DNA from: Phoronis australis
Taxonomy: Eukaryota > Animalia > Phoronida
Direction: 5' to 3'
Assembly: GCA_002633005.1 (NCBI GenBank)
Contig: NMRA01000244.1
Location: 302,346-366,345, forward strand
Length of the DNA: 64,000 bases
Position 1 is the stretch's first letter; each line of letters begins with the position of its first letter. The notes under the pieces are model-generated. The model had not been told where the DNA came from. It worked only from the letters and a program-made list of their open reading frames with translations, and made no database searches. Below are positions 31,022 to 41,900 of the stretch, in pieces. A program made the position numbers and the translations under genes.

Positions 31022-34000
31022 TGTTTATTGCACTTGGAGCTAAGCTCATTTGTACATATTACATTGCAACATTTGGTATAGGTGGCAATTTCCTGTCTGG
31101 GTATTCAATACATATATACATATTCTTCATAGGCTTCTTAGTAATCATTACAATGTGTGTGTCCAAACTTGAAAGGTTCCTATTGATAGTGGGCGTCCAA
31201 ATGATACATTGGTTGTCCTTGCCAGGGCATCCATATTAGTGCTAGGGCGTCCACTGCATAAAGGCTTGCTGGAAGGTGTGTAATATTTCCTCAGGATACT
31301 CCCTTCTGTTATTAATCCACATGACCTGCATATGAGAGCACTCATCGTGGTCAATTTTGGTTCTGATAAGTGTTAGAAAATCCATAGCAGTAATTTGGGA
31401 GCTTGTGGTAGCTTCAGTTGTATGCTGGCTTGCAGTTCGGCTCACCAATCCATACCAAATTTAAGTGAGCCAAATCAGTTTGGCACAGGCATCGGTTTTC
31501 GCTGCTGTCTCTCATGTGGTCAGAGCATTTTACTTTCATAACTGAGTAGTGCCAGACCAACATTGTCCTTGGACTGTTATGCATACGAGTGTAAATGTCT
31601 TGACTGAATTATAAAAATATCAAACGTATGATTTGAAAACAAAGTTAAATCAGTAAGGTTGTTGTTACGTGGCCTGCTTCTTAAACAGTCATGGGTTACT
31701 GGCCAGATATAGCGGCCTCTGATTTAGAGAACCAGGCTATCACTGAATAATGGATTCTCTTAATTAGGTAACGAGTCCCCAGCCATGTTGCATTATGCCT
31801 AATGTTATCAAGATATCACTTTATTATGAAAAACAGTATTTACCTTCTTATAGTTATTGTTTTTGTTTGTTGGGCCTACCATGTTATACTTGATATATAA
31901 CATGTTATACAGTGGCATAACACTTGGTAGATACCATCTTGTACATAACATATAAGTTGGTAGATTCCATGTTGTACAGTGAAATAACACTTGGCAGATA
32001 CCATGCTATAGTATGACAAAACACTTGGTAGATATTATTTATACAGTAACATAACACTTGGTAGATATTGTGGTCACTTTAAGCCATGAGGATGAGTTAA
32101 TAAGATGACTTTCTTTTCAGTGTGCTTGCTTCAGTTGCCCTTAAAGCCTAACTTCAATGGAATTTTGTTATTTTAGATGTATTGGGCTAACCAGATAGTC
32201 CTAGCAATGCCTTCGTTAGTAAAATAAGAAAAAGCTGGTTCAATCATGCAAATGTAAGCCCGTCAAATGATAAGTGAAACTGCCTTTTCGTGCCATGTTG
32301 AGTTACCGCGAGATTCCAGCACAAACAATGAAAGGCTGATAACAGTTTCAGTGACGTAGACAAAAGCAAGCCAATACACCTAACAGTTCATTACATTTGG
32401 CAATTTATGGCACTTAACATGCTATAGGAACCAAATTTACAGGTGTTACCATTGAACATAGGCTTTAAGTAAGCCCAGTAATGATTCCTCTAATGTAAAG
32501 CCTGGGATTTTCTCAATTTCATCACTCTAGTTCAATGAGCCTCTTATTCAATATTGTCACAGGAGGAGACTCGTGGCCAACAAGTGTTGGGGTCCCTGAC
32601 CAACATTCTCTACCAGATATACTTCCCAGTGGAGCACATTGCATGGGCCAGTGATAAAAAGTTGATCAACGTGCAGTCTGCCAAGTTGTGGGTTGTTTGT
32701 CTTCTGATCTGGGCTGTTGCTTTGATTTCTTCCATATTTAAGTGAGTCAGACCATAAACTGTAAGCCTACTTTTGTATATTAATGCCTGGATTCTGGGTG
32801 CTCACTCGCCCCTCATAATTTATGGACGAGTGTATGGATGACGCTGGTTTCGGGCCAAATAAGCAGTGAAAACCCAAGCACAGCTGTTGTTAACATTCTG
32901 TTTCAAGGAAGTTCTACGGATGAGTGTATCCCAAAAGTCGCTGTACTTAACACGCGTAGATGATTATGTTTCAAGCACTAACTGCATTGTAGCATTTTAA
33001 ATATGTTTGAACACTGATCTATTGCTATTGGTCAGACAGTAAACCTAGAATTGGGTGTTCATAACCCTCAAATTTCTTATTTAAATTTTGGTTGTGGCAA
33101 AATATTTGAAGTAGCCTGGTGTGTGAATGAGACAATTGGGATATCATATTACAACATAACATTTTTTACTCTCACCTACAACTAGAATCACTATGTACAG
33201 TAACTCATTAAGATTAATTTGCTTTGCTTGACAAGCTTGTTAGTTCAAATTATTTTGCAAAGCGTTCAAACGATGTTTGATTTTGTGTTGTATTGATTGG
33301 CAACAACTTTTGCAGAGCTCTTCTGCAACTACGGCAGACCAAGAAGAAGATCAAAAGATTGCGGGAGACGGCGCATGACACCCTGCTGAGAAAAGATGGG
33401 TGAGAACTCTATCATTTGTTCGCCTAGCATTTACTAGCTCAGTGTACATCTCGACAGCTTGCTTTAAAATTTCATGTCAACAACATTTATGCTGTTCTAG
33501 TCTCCAAAACAATTTTGTTTACATATTAAAGTGTTGATTGTATCATCGCGATTGACTAATTTGCTGTTATAAAATTTAATGCTGAGTGTGTCATGGAACG
33601 TGGTTGTTTATAATGAGTATGTTACCTTATGCTCTGCATGTATCTCTGTATATTATTTCTACTTAATCTAAAGCATGGTGATTTTTATTCAAAAGTATGA
33701 AGAATTAATTGTACATTAACAGCTCTGTAGTGTTCGTTTTGACTGGTCATATGCAAGTTATGGCCGCTGTGCATTGGTCATTTTGTCAATTATGGTCAGC
33801 TATTTCTCTCTTTCCTTGAGTGCCTGTTGGATACATTTATCTTACAGCGACCGCAGTCAAGAGGTGCACAGCAAACAGTCTTTAAAGTCTCTAAAAAGTC
33901 AAGAGTTTGCTCAGATACTCAGTGTAGTCAAACATAGTTGTGACTTGATGAATGCTATCAACTGGCTACCCCCAGGCATCCTCTGGTCACAAAAGTTCAC

Positions 34001-34097
34001 TGCAGCACAGTCGGGACTATTTGGAACTATCTCGTCCTTTATCATGGTCTGGGAGAATTTTATCAAAATGAAATTAGCTGGCAAGAAGAGTGCTTAA
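21691..34097 (+). CDS. PEX11G: Peroxisomal membrane protein PEX11 gamma-like (248 aa), 4 exons
   Basis: Exons 21691-21924, 32563-32741, 33316-33399, 33848-34097 join in frame (747 nt); motifs LLDTYSGRNSIIR, LRLFDDVPM, QIYFPVEHIAWASD, DLMNAINWLPPGILW, GLFGTISS typical of PEX11G/PEX11C. Confidence 0.92.
23061..23130 (-). other. tRNA-like (Pol III A/B-box) segment inside the hAT-like element
   Basis: Minus strand TGGTGATGTAGTGGTAA ... GAGTTCGAGTC with tRNA-like spacing; no convincing cloverleaf. Confidence 0.4.
23145..24600 (-). mobile_element. Kolobok-type non-autonomous transposon (internal deletion derivative)
   Basis: TTAA flanks (23141-23144, 24601-24604), AGG..CCT termini, ~160-bp imperfect TIRs (AGGCGAAGGCAACC...TTTCACTTAATTACAGCTTTTCGTAATTTAATAAATTACTCGT). 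Confidence 0.88.
23540..24325 (-). pseudogene. Frameshifted THAP-domain/Kolobok transposase remnant
   Basis: Minus-strand pieces MPHCCCVPGC / VPLHRFPNDDTLHFIWL / CRVCGKHF...RLKKGAIPS (THAP signature), then LELFRRCQVCG...WECVAGH; frameshifts and a stop. Confidence 0.78.
25345..25399. mobile_element. 55-bp hairpin MITE with 20-bp perfect TIR and 10-bp TSD
   Basis: CTCGCTGGTTCCCTGCGTGC / GCACGCAGGGAACCAGCGAG; AGTGACCCTG at 25335-25344 and 25400-25409. Confidence 0.88.
25631..26060. repeat. 34-bp minisatellite, ~13 copies
   Basis: Unit GATACCATGTTATACAGTGACATAACACTTGGTA. Confidence 0.92.
26720..27985 (-). pseudogene. Decayed pogo/Tigger-like transposase: HTH-psq + CENP-B HTH N-terminus and C-terminal PHD-like finger
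   Basis: SEDMHNCLKAMDEGLGFNAFSELFGIPQSSI; GDPRVLPIEVKDNLVKRIKGLANLFFGITPKDLMKLAYLLA...WYYSF; basic stretch then FCLVC...WLKCVCCKRWAHTEC; stops/frameshifts, DDE core not seen. Confidence 0.72.
27111..27543. mobile_element. Tc1/mariner-pogo-like MITE nested in the pogo remnant
   Basis: Inverted ends TATCAAGATTTCCCGTAGATAAGCC / GGGCTTATCTGCGGAAAATCCCGGTA, TA at both ends, subterminal AAACGCCCATGGG repeats. Confidence 0.65.
28593..28757. mobile_element. End of a second hAT-like copy (same family as 22892-25264, opposite orientation) running into gap
   Basis: Reverse complement of 25131-25264 (CATAGGCGGATTTAGGGGGGG...AATTAACCCCGGTAATTAAAA). Confidence 0.8.
28758..29341. other. Assembly gap (N run)
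   Basis: 584 consecutive N. Confidence 1.
30648..31268. mobile_element. hAT-like MITE containing a (GA)n microsatellite
   Basis: Absent from paralogous copy at ~22145; ends CGGGCCTTTATCCAG / CTGCATAAAGGCTTG; degenerate 8-bp flanks CTGGGAGA / CTGGAAGG; (GA)n 30979-31018. Confidence 0.6.
31878..32066. repeat. Paralogous 34-bp minisatellite, ~5-6 copies
   Basis: Same unit as 25631-26060. Confidence 0.85.
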
Positions 34098-35040
34098 TAA
34101 TTTTTGACAAATCGGGGTCTGCTTGCATAACAGTTAACACGCGTCATATTTCTAATGTTTAACAATATACCTGTCTGTTAGTTAATGTTCTCGTAACACT
34201 CTAACTCACTCTGGTGGTAAGTTTAATGCTGACGAGGCCAGGTCTTCAAAATGCTGCCGGATTTATTGATATTATTAGCTAAATGATTTTAATAACAATT
34301 AAAAGTAAGAACGTGGGTATCATCAGTTTGGAAGTTCGGCCATCTTGTTTTGTAACTTCAGGCTGTTGACCCGAGGACTTACAAGGGACACAGTGCCAGT
34401 TCAGTTATACAATGGTATTCTGTTTTATTTTGATTTGTTAAAATTAGAGGGAATCTCAAATTTGACAGTGATTATTGTGTCAGTGTGTTGCATTTAGACA
34501 GCTTTTAGTAAGATACGTGCATTTAGACTGAAATGAAGTAAACTATTGATTTTTCTTTGTGACAAAGTTAAGGTAGGTCACATTAATGAGACTAAAATCG
34601 TTAAACACTCAGGTGTTACAGGTGTAGATGTGTTACATTCAACTGCTAACTGTTTAATTAATGTTAACTTTGAGGAATGGTTATGAACTGATCGACTTGT
34701 GAAATTACAAAGCACATTTGAGTTGTGGTGAAAAGCACAAAAAGCTGAGCTTTGTGTCTCAGAACGTCATTCAATTTAAACGTCTTCCAAATTAGTTTCG
34801 AAAACATTACCACATTACATCAAAGTCTTCAGCAAGTGCAGTAATGAAACATGCAAAGGTGGCAGACATCAACGACCAATGGACGTATGCTTATGGTGTG
34901 GGGATTTCTTGGATCAATTAGACCATGCAGTGTGATATTTTTAAAGCCAAAGATGATTTTGTTCTTGTTGATACTATAATCTGACTAGTCATTAACAGGT
35001 TGCGGTGTGATTAACAAATTGTTGTTACTGATGTTAAGAA

Positions 35041-35076
35041 AATAAACATTTAATTTTAAAATTGAATGTATTTATT
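35041..35076. terminator. Candidate convergent polyadenylation signals of PEX11G (+) and the FN3 gene (-)
   Basis: AATAAA on + at 35041-35046 and on - at 35071-35076; other AATAAA exist nearby so assignment is tentative. Confidence 0.4.
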
Positions 35077-35943
35077 ATGCATTGGTATGGTGCTATGATA
35101 CACTGGTGAAGGTGAATATGCTAGAATGGCAAATAAATAAACAATTAAAAAAATATTCTAAAAGTTGAAATTCATGTGTCACATGATGTCATAGGTACAC
35201 ACTGAGATAAAATAAATTATAATTAAATATTAAAGCAACATTGTCCACTGTCAAATATCAATGGCTATGACTGTTCTAAGCAATTGTAAAAATGCTTTTA
35301 TGATCAAAACTTTCTTCAATTATTACAATGTAAATTTGTAAACACCACCCTTACTAAGCTGAGGAATAATGCCAAATGAGATACCTATGAATAGCACAAG
35401 TTTGACCATTGCTTAACTTGGGAACATGCCACAATACTGCAGCCATGCTTCATACATTTGGCCCTTCACCTAAATCCAGTTTCGCTTTATTCAGGAAAAT
35501 AAACGAATCCGACCTACACAAGTTTTCACTGCAACTGACATGATGAAGTAAGCAGACTATTTGTTAGCTTGTTCACTGAATATTTGGAAAAATGAACCCC
35601 AGCTTCACTGGATCTTCCAACTCACTAATTATCAGGATGAAAACACACTAAATGAATGATTGTTGACAGAATACTGTAAACCAGTTCAAAGGTCAAAGGT
35701 GAGTTAACCCCCTCCCCCAACTGGGTCAATAGTAAGAATGTGGCAATAAACACCTCATATGGTGACGAGTGACAAAAACCAAAGATTTCCATCGTGCAAA
35801 AGTTACCCCTGGAGTTCGCTTAATATTCTGACAAATGTCAGTGGTACAATTGTTCTGGCTCGCACACTTGACCCTTCAGGTAAGTCAGATTTCACCCTGA
35901 ACCTAACTTATGACAGTCTTACTGTTTGTATGTAACCTCAGTT

Positions 35944-38900
35944 TTATGTGTGCACAATTTTCCGTCTGCCTTTCTTGTCACTACGTGGCCTTGTGATTGG
36001 CTCGTGTTGAGGAGAGTCATGGTTACTGCCACTGCTGCTTCGCTCAGTAGCAGAGAACGGGCGTGCATTCACATTAATACGATTATCGTCTTTAGACTTG
36101 GCTGCTGGCTTCATGAACAGCCTACCAGCTGAGGTGGGTCGTGACCCCGGTGAACTTTCACTATCGGCTTGCACTGACTGACTTAAGAAGTTTATATTGG
36201 GAATTATGAGTGAAGTTGAAGCCGCATAGCCCGACTTGACATTAGTGGCGCCACCTTGCAGCAACTTGTGGCTCTTCCATTTTGTCAGGTTGTCTAAAAG
36301 AAATATTTTTAATTAGTTTATCATACATCACTAATGACCTTATATGCCAGAATTGACACAATTTCAAAGTATAACTCGACAGTAGTGCCTCTCTGGTGTA
36401 GAGTTCGTTAAAAACGTTGGTTAACGTCTTTCTGCATTTTTCATTTTGTCTAAAATACTCCTCAAGTGTGAATCGCATCTGTGCAGTAGCTACTGCACAG
36501 ATGCAATCTGCTCTCAAGGAGTATTAATAAGACAAAACGAAAAGTGCAAAAAGGAGTTATCCAACAACAAATGCCGTATCGTTTTTAATGAAATCTACAT
36601 TTTTCAAAGTGTCTAGGTCTTTGCAACTCAATAGTTTAATAGAAAGTTAGCATGTGAGCCCTATTTCAAGATGGCTTTGGCCTTACCTTCATCCATTTGC
36701 TCTTGTCTACAGACGTCACATCCAGTGGTAGGGCAGGGCAGTTCCATCACCTTAGTCAAGGTGTGAAGTAGGAACGCCTGGAATGACGTATAGTCATGGG
36801 CGGAGTAGCGGCCATGCCAGGCGATGTAGTCTGTAAGAGCAAATAGTAGTTGACGTACAACTGGTAGACGCCATCTTCCCCAGAATTAGAACACAATGTG
36901 GTACATGGCGGCAAAGAACAGTTTTGTTTTGTCCAGACTGTGCTCTCAGGGTTTAGTATTGTAGTGGTTGCAAGTTAATTACAAACAAACGTGGAAAAGA
37001 CTGAGAAGTCAACCAATACTGCAATCCAGGTGACCGAGATAATCAGGTGAAGTATTTGCTGTGAAAACTGGAATTCATAACTTCTGAGAAAAATCACTAT
37101 GAATGTAATTACCTCTCTGACAGACAGTCACTATTTCCTAGTAGAAAGAGACTGGTGGTTTTGTAATATTGGGATAAAATTGCTAGCTAGATTTTGCATA
37201 ACATTTGAATCATATTTTATCATCAAAAACTGTTATGATATAGTTTACCTTTAGGGTGGATGATAATTATGGTGGGCACACCATACACCCCCAATATGTC
37301 TGTGATGTCGTTGGAATCCGCACCCGTGTCCACCTGGGGTGGGGGCTTACCTGAAATGCAAGGATATGATACATAAACACCAGGTAACAACATAAACACC
37401 AGGTAACAGCTTGAACATTAAAAAATATTCCAATCACAGTCATGTGCTTAAAGTCAACATCTTGTTACGTGGGTACAGGAGAATGGCTATGAAATGACTG
37501 GTCACATGACCAAAAAGCTTAAAGAAAGGTTGAGAAGCTGATGAATGTCTAAGTTTAAGTGACTTTCTATCAACATGGACACCTAAACAGAACAGATTTG
37601 ACCGGATACAGCAACTCAGTTACAGTATACCAGTCAGGCCAACATTCACACAACATTCAAAGCAAAACTGTTCAGCAACAATGTTCCAATGTGTGACATG
37701 AAACTCTAGGTCAGGATTACTCAATTGTGGACAGTTAAAATTTGGGAACTTCGGGTAATGTTGCTATGAAACAAAGAATATTTGATTGGTAAGAAATGAG
37801 ATAAAAGACGCCATAACTACAATACACGTGGAAAGTATTCGGACAAAATTCCATTCTCTGATCCTTTTTATGACTAAAATGTTGGGTAATGAGTGATCAT
37901 TCGTGCAAAATCCTAATAGTATGTTGTTTTCACCCTGTTAGTATTCTGGCAAATTCCCCTGATCATTCTTGGTTCTGGCGTACTGCTACTACGAGAGTGA
38001 ATTTTGATTGCTTTCACCCGTCACATCATGGAATCCCCAGTCACTCATAGTCCCTGTCACTCTTATCATGGAAAGGTAAGTGCAAGGAAATGCTACTTTC
38101 AAGGTACAAATCTTGTCTTTTTGACAAATTAATTTTGATTGTTCCAAACTGTGATCCTGCTATATGAGACATTTTACTGTAATGAAACTGATACAATGTA
38201 TAAACATATATTATTAACTAACAGAGGTGAAACACGATACAAAGACACAGAAACATAGAATGTGACCTAATAAAAACCCTGTTCATGGCACATAAGAGAA
38301 CATGTCGTACGTGGTACGATAAGCGACATAGGCTAGAAAACAATGGACCAACGTGGGTCTTACAACAAAATCTGAGATTTAATGCACATCAAGGAACTAT
38401 TGCAGGCTATGTTTGAGTTTGGTCAAAACTTATTTCCGCAATTAGGTTATCTCATACTCAGTTAGATCAAATTTACAGAATTCAAAAAGTTTTAGTTTAT
38501 TATGATGATAAGCATGCAAGCCTCAGACAGATCGGTCAGAGATAAGTTTTCAGGATAGGTTAGACCAACATTGAAATAACTTTCACTTTCGCCGTTTATT
38601 TTATGAACAGGTTATTGACAGCATGGTGTTAACGGTTTAGCAAGTGAATGTTCAGTTAATACGTTAGTAATAGATTGTTAAAAGCATTGGGAAGTAATTA
38701 TTGTTTCTTTGGAGGAGAAAAAATGTTGCAAACTGTGTGTAAAAAGGAAACACTTCTAAACGCAAGATTTACATTTCATACCCGGTCAAAGCGACCTTAC
38801 CTCCCCTTTGGGATTTCTTAGATCCTTGTAAGCAAAAGGTAGGATAAAAATTTTGCAAATAAAAATGACAAGCATAAACTGTAGAAAAGGTAAAAACTTT

Positions 38901-41900
38901 CAAAAATACTATCAAATTAAACATGATTACAAACACGAACACAGCTCTGAACAATGAAGGGACACCTGACACATGCTTTAGTCATGTGTGAAGGAAAGTA
39001 CCTTATTCCCCAATTTATGATAAAATGAATGGTAGACAAGTAAAATTTTGATTTTCCAAATTTTCATCAAAATAAATAGCACCCAATCAAAGTATTTATC
39101 ATTATTAACCTGACAGTATACCTTAACAACCTACATTAAACAATGTTTAGAAAAATATGGACAATCCCACCATTGACAGAAGCATTTGACAGGAATCGGT
39201 GATGGGTTGTGAGTGAAAGAAGACTTCCAAATATGGGTAAAAGGTCATCTTTAAAATTTAATAGAATACAACTGACTTATTTGTATCGAAGCCCATAGGA
39301 GTAATAGTAAAAAACACTTCTAAATGTATTTTAAAAAATACTTAATTCATACATAACAATTCTCACACAGATGAACGTCCCCACAAAAATAGTTTGGAGA
39401 AACCAAGAAATGTTGGAACTCCATCACGTATGAACTATGAAAACATTAGTTTGGCCAAATAATTTAAGCCCTAGGAGTGATCACAGTACCGTGTCCTAAA
39501 CAACACAGAATACACCTACCCAGCATGTTGTGACGAACATTTTGGGTGGCTTCATCAACAGGTGTCGCCAGTGTGCTGGTACAGTGGCGCAAACTGGTGT
39601 CATCCATCCAGCCATTCTCACTGATGGTATGTATTAACTCTTGACGGTCCCTGGAGTCAGTCATGTTGGTGTCGCAGGCGATGGCTATGAAGTCATATTG
39701 AGTCTGGTGAAGTTTGGCAAACGTGGAGTACCAACTCATTAGTTTGAGTGAAGCCAGGCACCTGTTGAGAGAATTAAGTAAAGCCGAGTGCTTGCAGTTA
39801 CAAGAATGGGGGGCTGTGTGTGTTGGGGAGAAGAAGAGTGATATACTATATGGTCCTCTGCTTATTATGCACTGAGCACTATTCTGGTAAGATCACTATT
39901 ACCTTGGGACATCCATATCTCTCAACTAATGACAAGACCGTGAAGAATGCTTTAATAAATTTTATGGTGCCTCACGAAAAATTAATTTGTAAAATAAAAC
40001 AAGTTTGAAATGCTTAATACTGTGGCTGGAATGACCTCACAGGGTCAGTTTTGGCAAACTAAACTGCTATAACTATTTATACACGCTGACGTTAGGCAGT
40101 TTTGAATTACATAAACAAAGTTAACACAGAAAAATCAAGAATTCCAACTGGGAATCAAACCGCAAGTCTCTAGATTGCCGGCCCAGTGCTCATACCACTG
40201 AGCTACTGAGGACCCGATATCTGCGCAATTACTGTTTGCAGCCAACTGTTATATTATACATCCATGCCGCTCATCTTTGATCAATTATATTTAATCTTAC
40301 TGTTGGCTATTTACATCCTCCTCCCAAAGCAGCACTCAATATAATGGTAAGCAAATTGAGTAAACGCTCTTTCCAAAAACTGAGCACTTGACAAAGAAAG
40401 CAATAGGTTGTGACTGCTATTTCCAAGTCAAACTGTCCCACCAGCTCCACGTGGGGACATCATTCAGCCTTTAGTGGGACTGGAAAATTATCACAAAACA
40501 CGGATGCTCACCACCTTGTCCAGAACACGAGCACAGTAGGTCTCTGCGGTCCACTAGGTGGCAGTAGCTGCTTGTAAATACCGTCAAACACATCAGGCAG
40601 TTTACAGGAGGGCGGAGGAATGTGCCGTTTCAACAGACCCTGACTGACAGGCTGTCTAAGTGAGTGGCTACGCTCAACTATGATGGAGTCCTCGTAGCGA
40701 CAACAGCCTGTGTTTGGCCACCTGGGAAAGAAAGAAAATATGGAATGAAGAGGATACTGAATGAAGAGGATAAAAATTTAACTATTAAAAAATTTGAGGC
40801 TTCAATGAATGAAATTCGATTCAAAAATCTTATGGTATAATCTACAGCTATTGAAAATAATTTTTGTACAGGGATTACATGTAAAGGTTATCCAAAAGCA
40901 TTCTGGGTAAATTCTGTTTTATTTCCTGCGTAGTAATAAAACAGATGAGATGTCATTCAAATAGAATATAATAATTTAAATGTTGAAAAAGTTGCAATCT
41001 GATATTTGCCACAAAACATTATAGGGCAACAATGTCCAGTGGCACATAAACCCTGTGTCTAATTTTTAGACTATAACAAACATTAAAAAATCCATAACAC
41101 TTGCAGTGATGTGGTGAAAAAGCTGCAATCCAGAACACTGATATTAGAAAGCACAACCAGGGCATCGAAATTACTTTAGCACACACTACAAAAACAGTTC
41201 CCACGTTCAAAAACGTCACCACAAAGCCTGAACTCCACTACATTTAGGCAATCTTATCACAAAAATGTTAAGAGCAACTGACCAAAAAAAAACACCAAAC
41301 AGGAATGGGTTGGAAAACGGACAACTGCTGCACAAATTGTGTGACAATTGATCGTTTTCTAATCATACTTTGGCCAAAAATGATGTGATTAGGAATAGAT
41401 TGAACCCTCAGACAGACAGACTAAAATTGTCTGTGGTAAGGGTACGTGAGTGTGGTTGGAGTTCAGGTTTCATCATCGTAAAGGGTTCTAGTGCGTGGTA
41501 AAAGTTTTGTGGTCTGTTGCAAGAGTTGGTTTCCACCACCTGATTGTGTCCAACTGCTGCCAATTTACTAAATATACTTTTGTCTCACCCTGTATCCTTA
41601 GTGTGAATGTTATGAAGACAGTAGAAGGTGAAGGGAAAGAATGGTTGAGTCAAAAGTTCCACCTCACTAGACGAAGCACTGTGGACACGAGGCTGGTCAG
41701 CGACGGCCACCATGCTGATCACATGACTAGGCTGGTCAAGGCTTAACTACAACAAACACAAACCAGTTAGATTTATTTCGCAGACCACAATACAATGGTC
41801 AGCATTACTAGATACACAGTGCCTAGGTGTATCCATAGGTTAGCGCGGTGGCCCTCACCTGACCACGGATAGACCATTATGAAGTCTTGTTACTGATCAA

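Larger units (their letters stand above)
22020..32434. repeat. Diverged direct segmental duplication within PEX11G intron 1
   Basis: Copy 1 ~22020-22653 + 25631-26490; copy 2 ~30499-30647 + 31269-31772 + 31878-32434; same order, different TE insertions. Confidence 0.88.

Noticed and set aside
40144-40216. Functional tRNA gene
   Set aside because: T-loop is GGTTTGATT rather than GGTTCGA and acceptor stem pairs poorly; more consistent with a SINE head.
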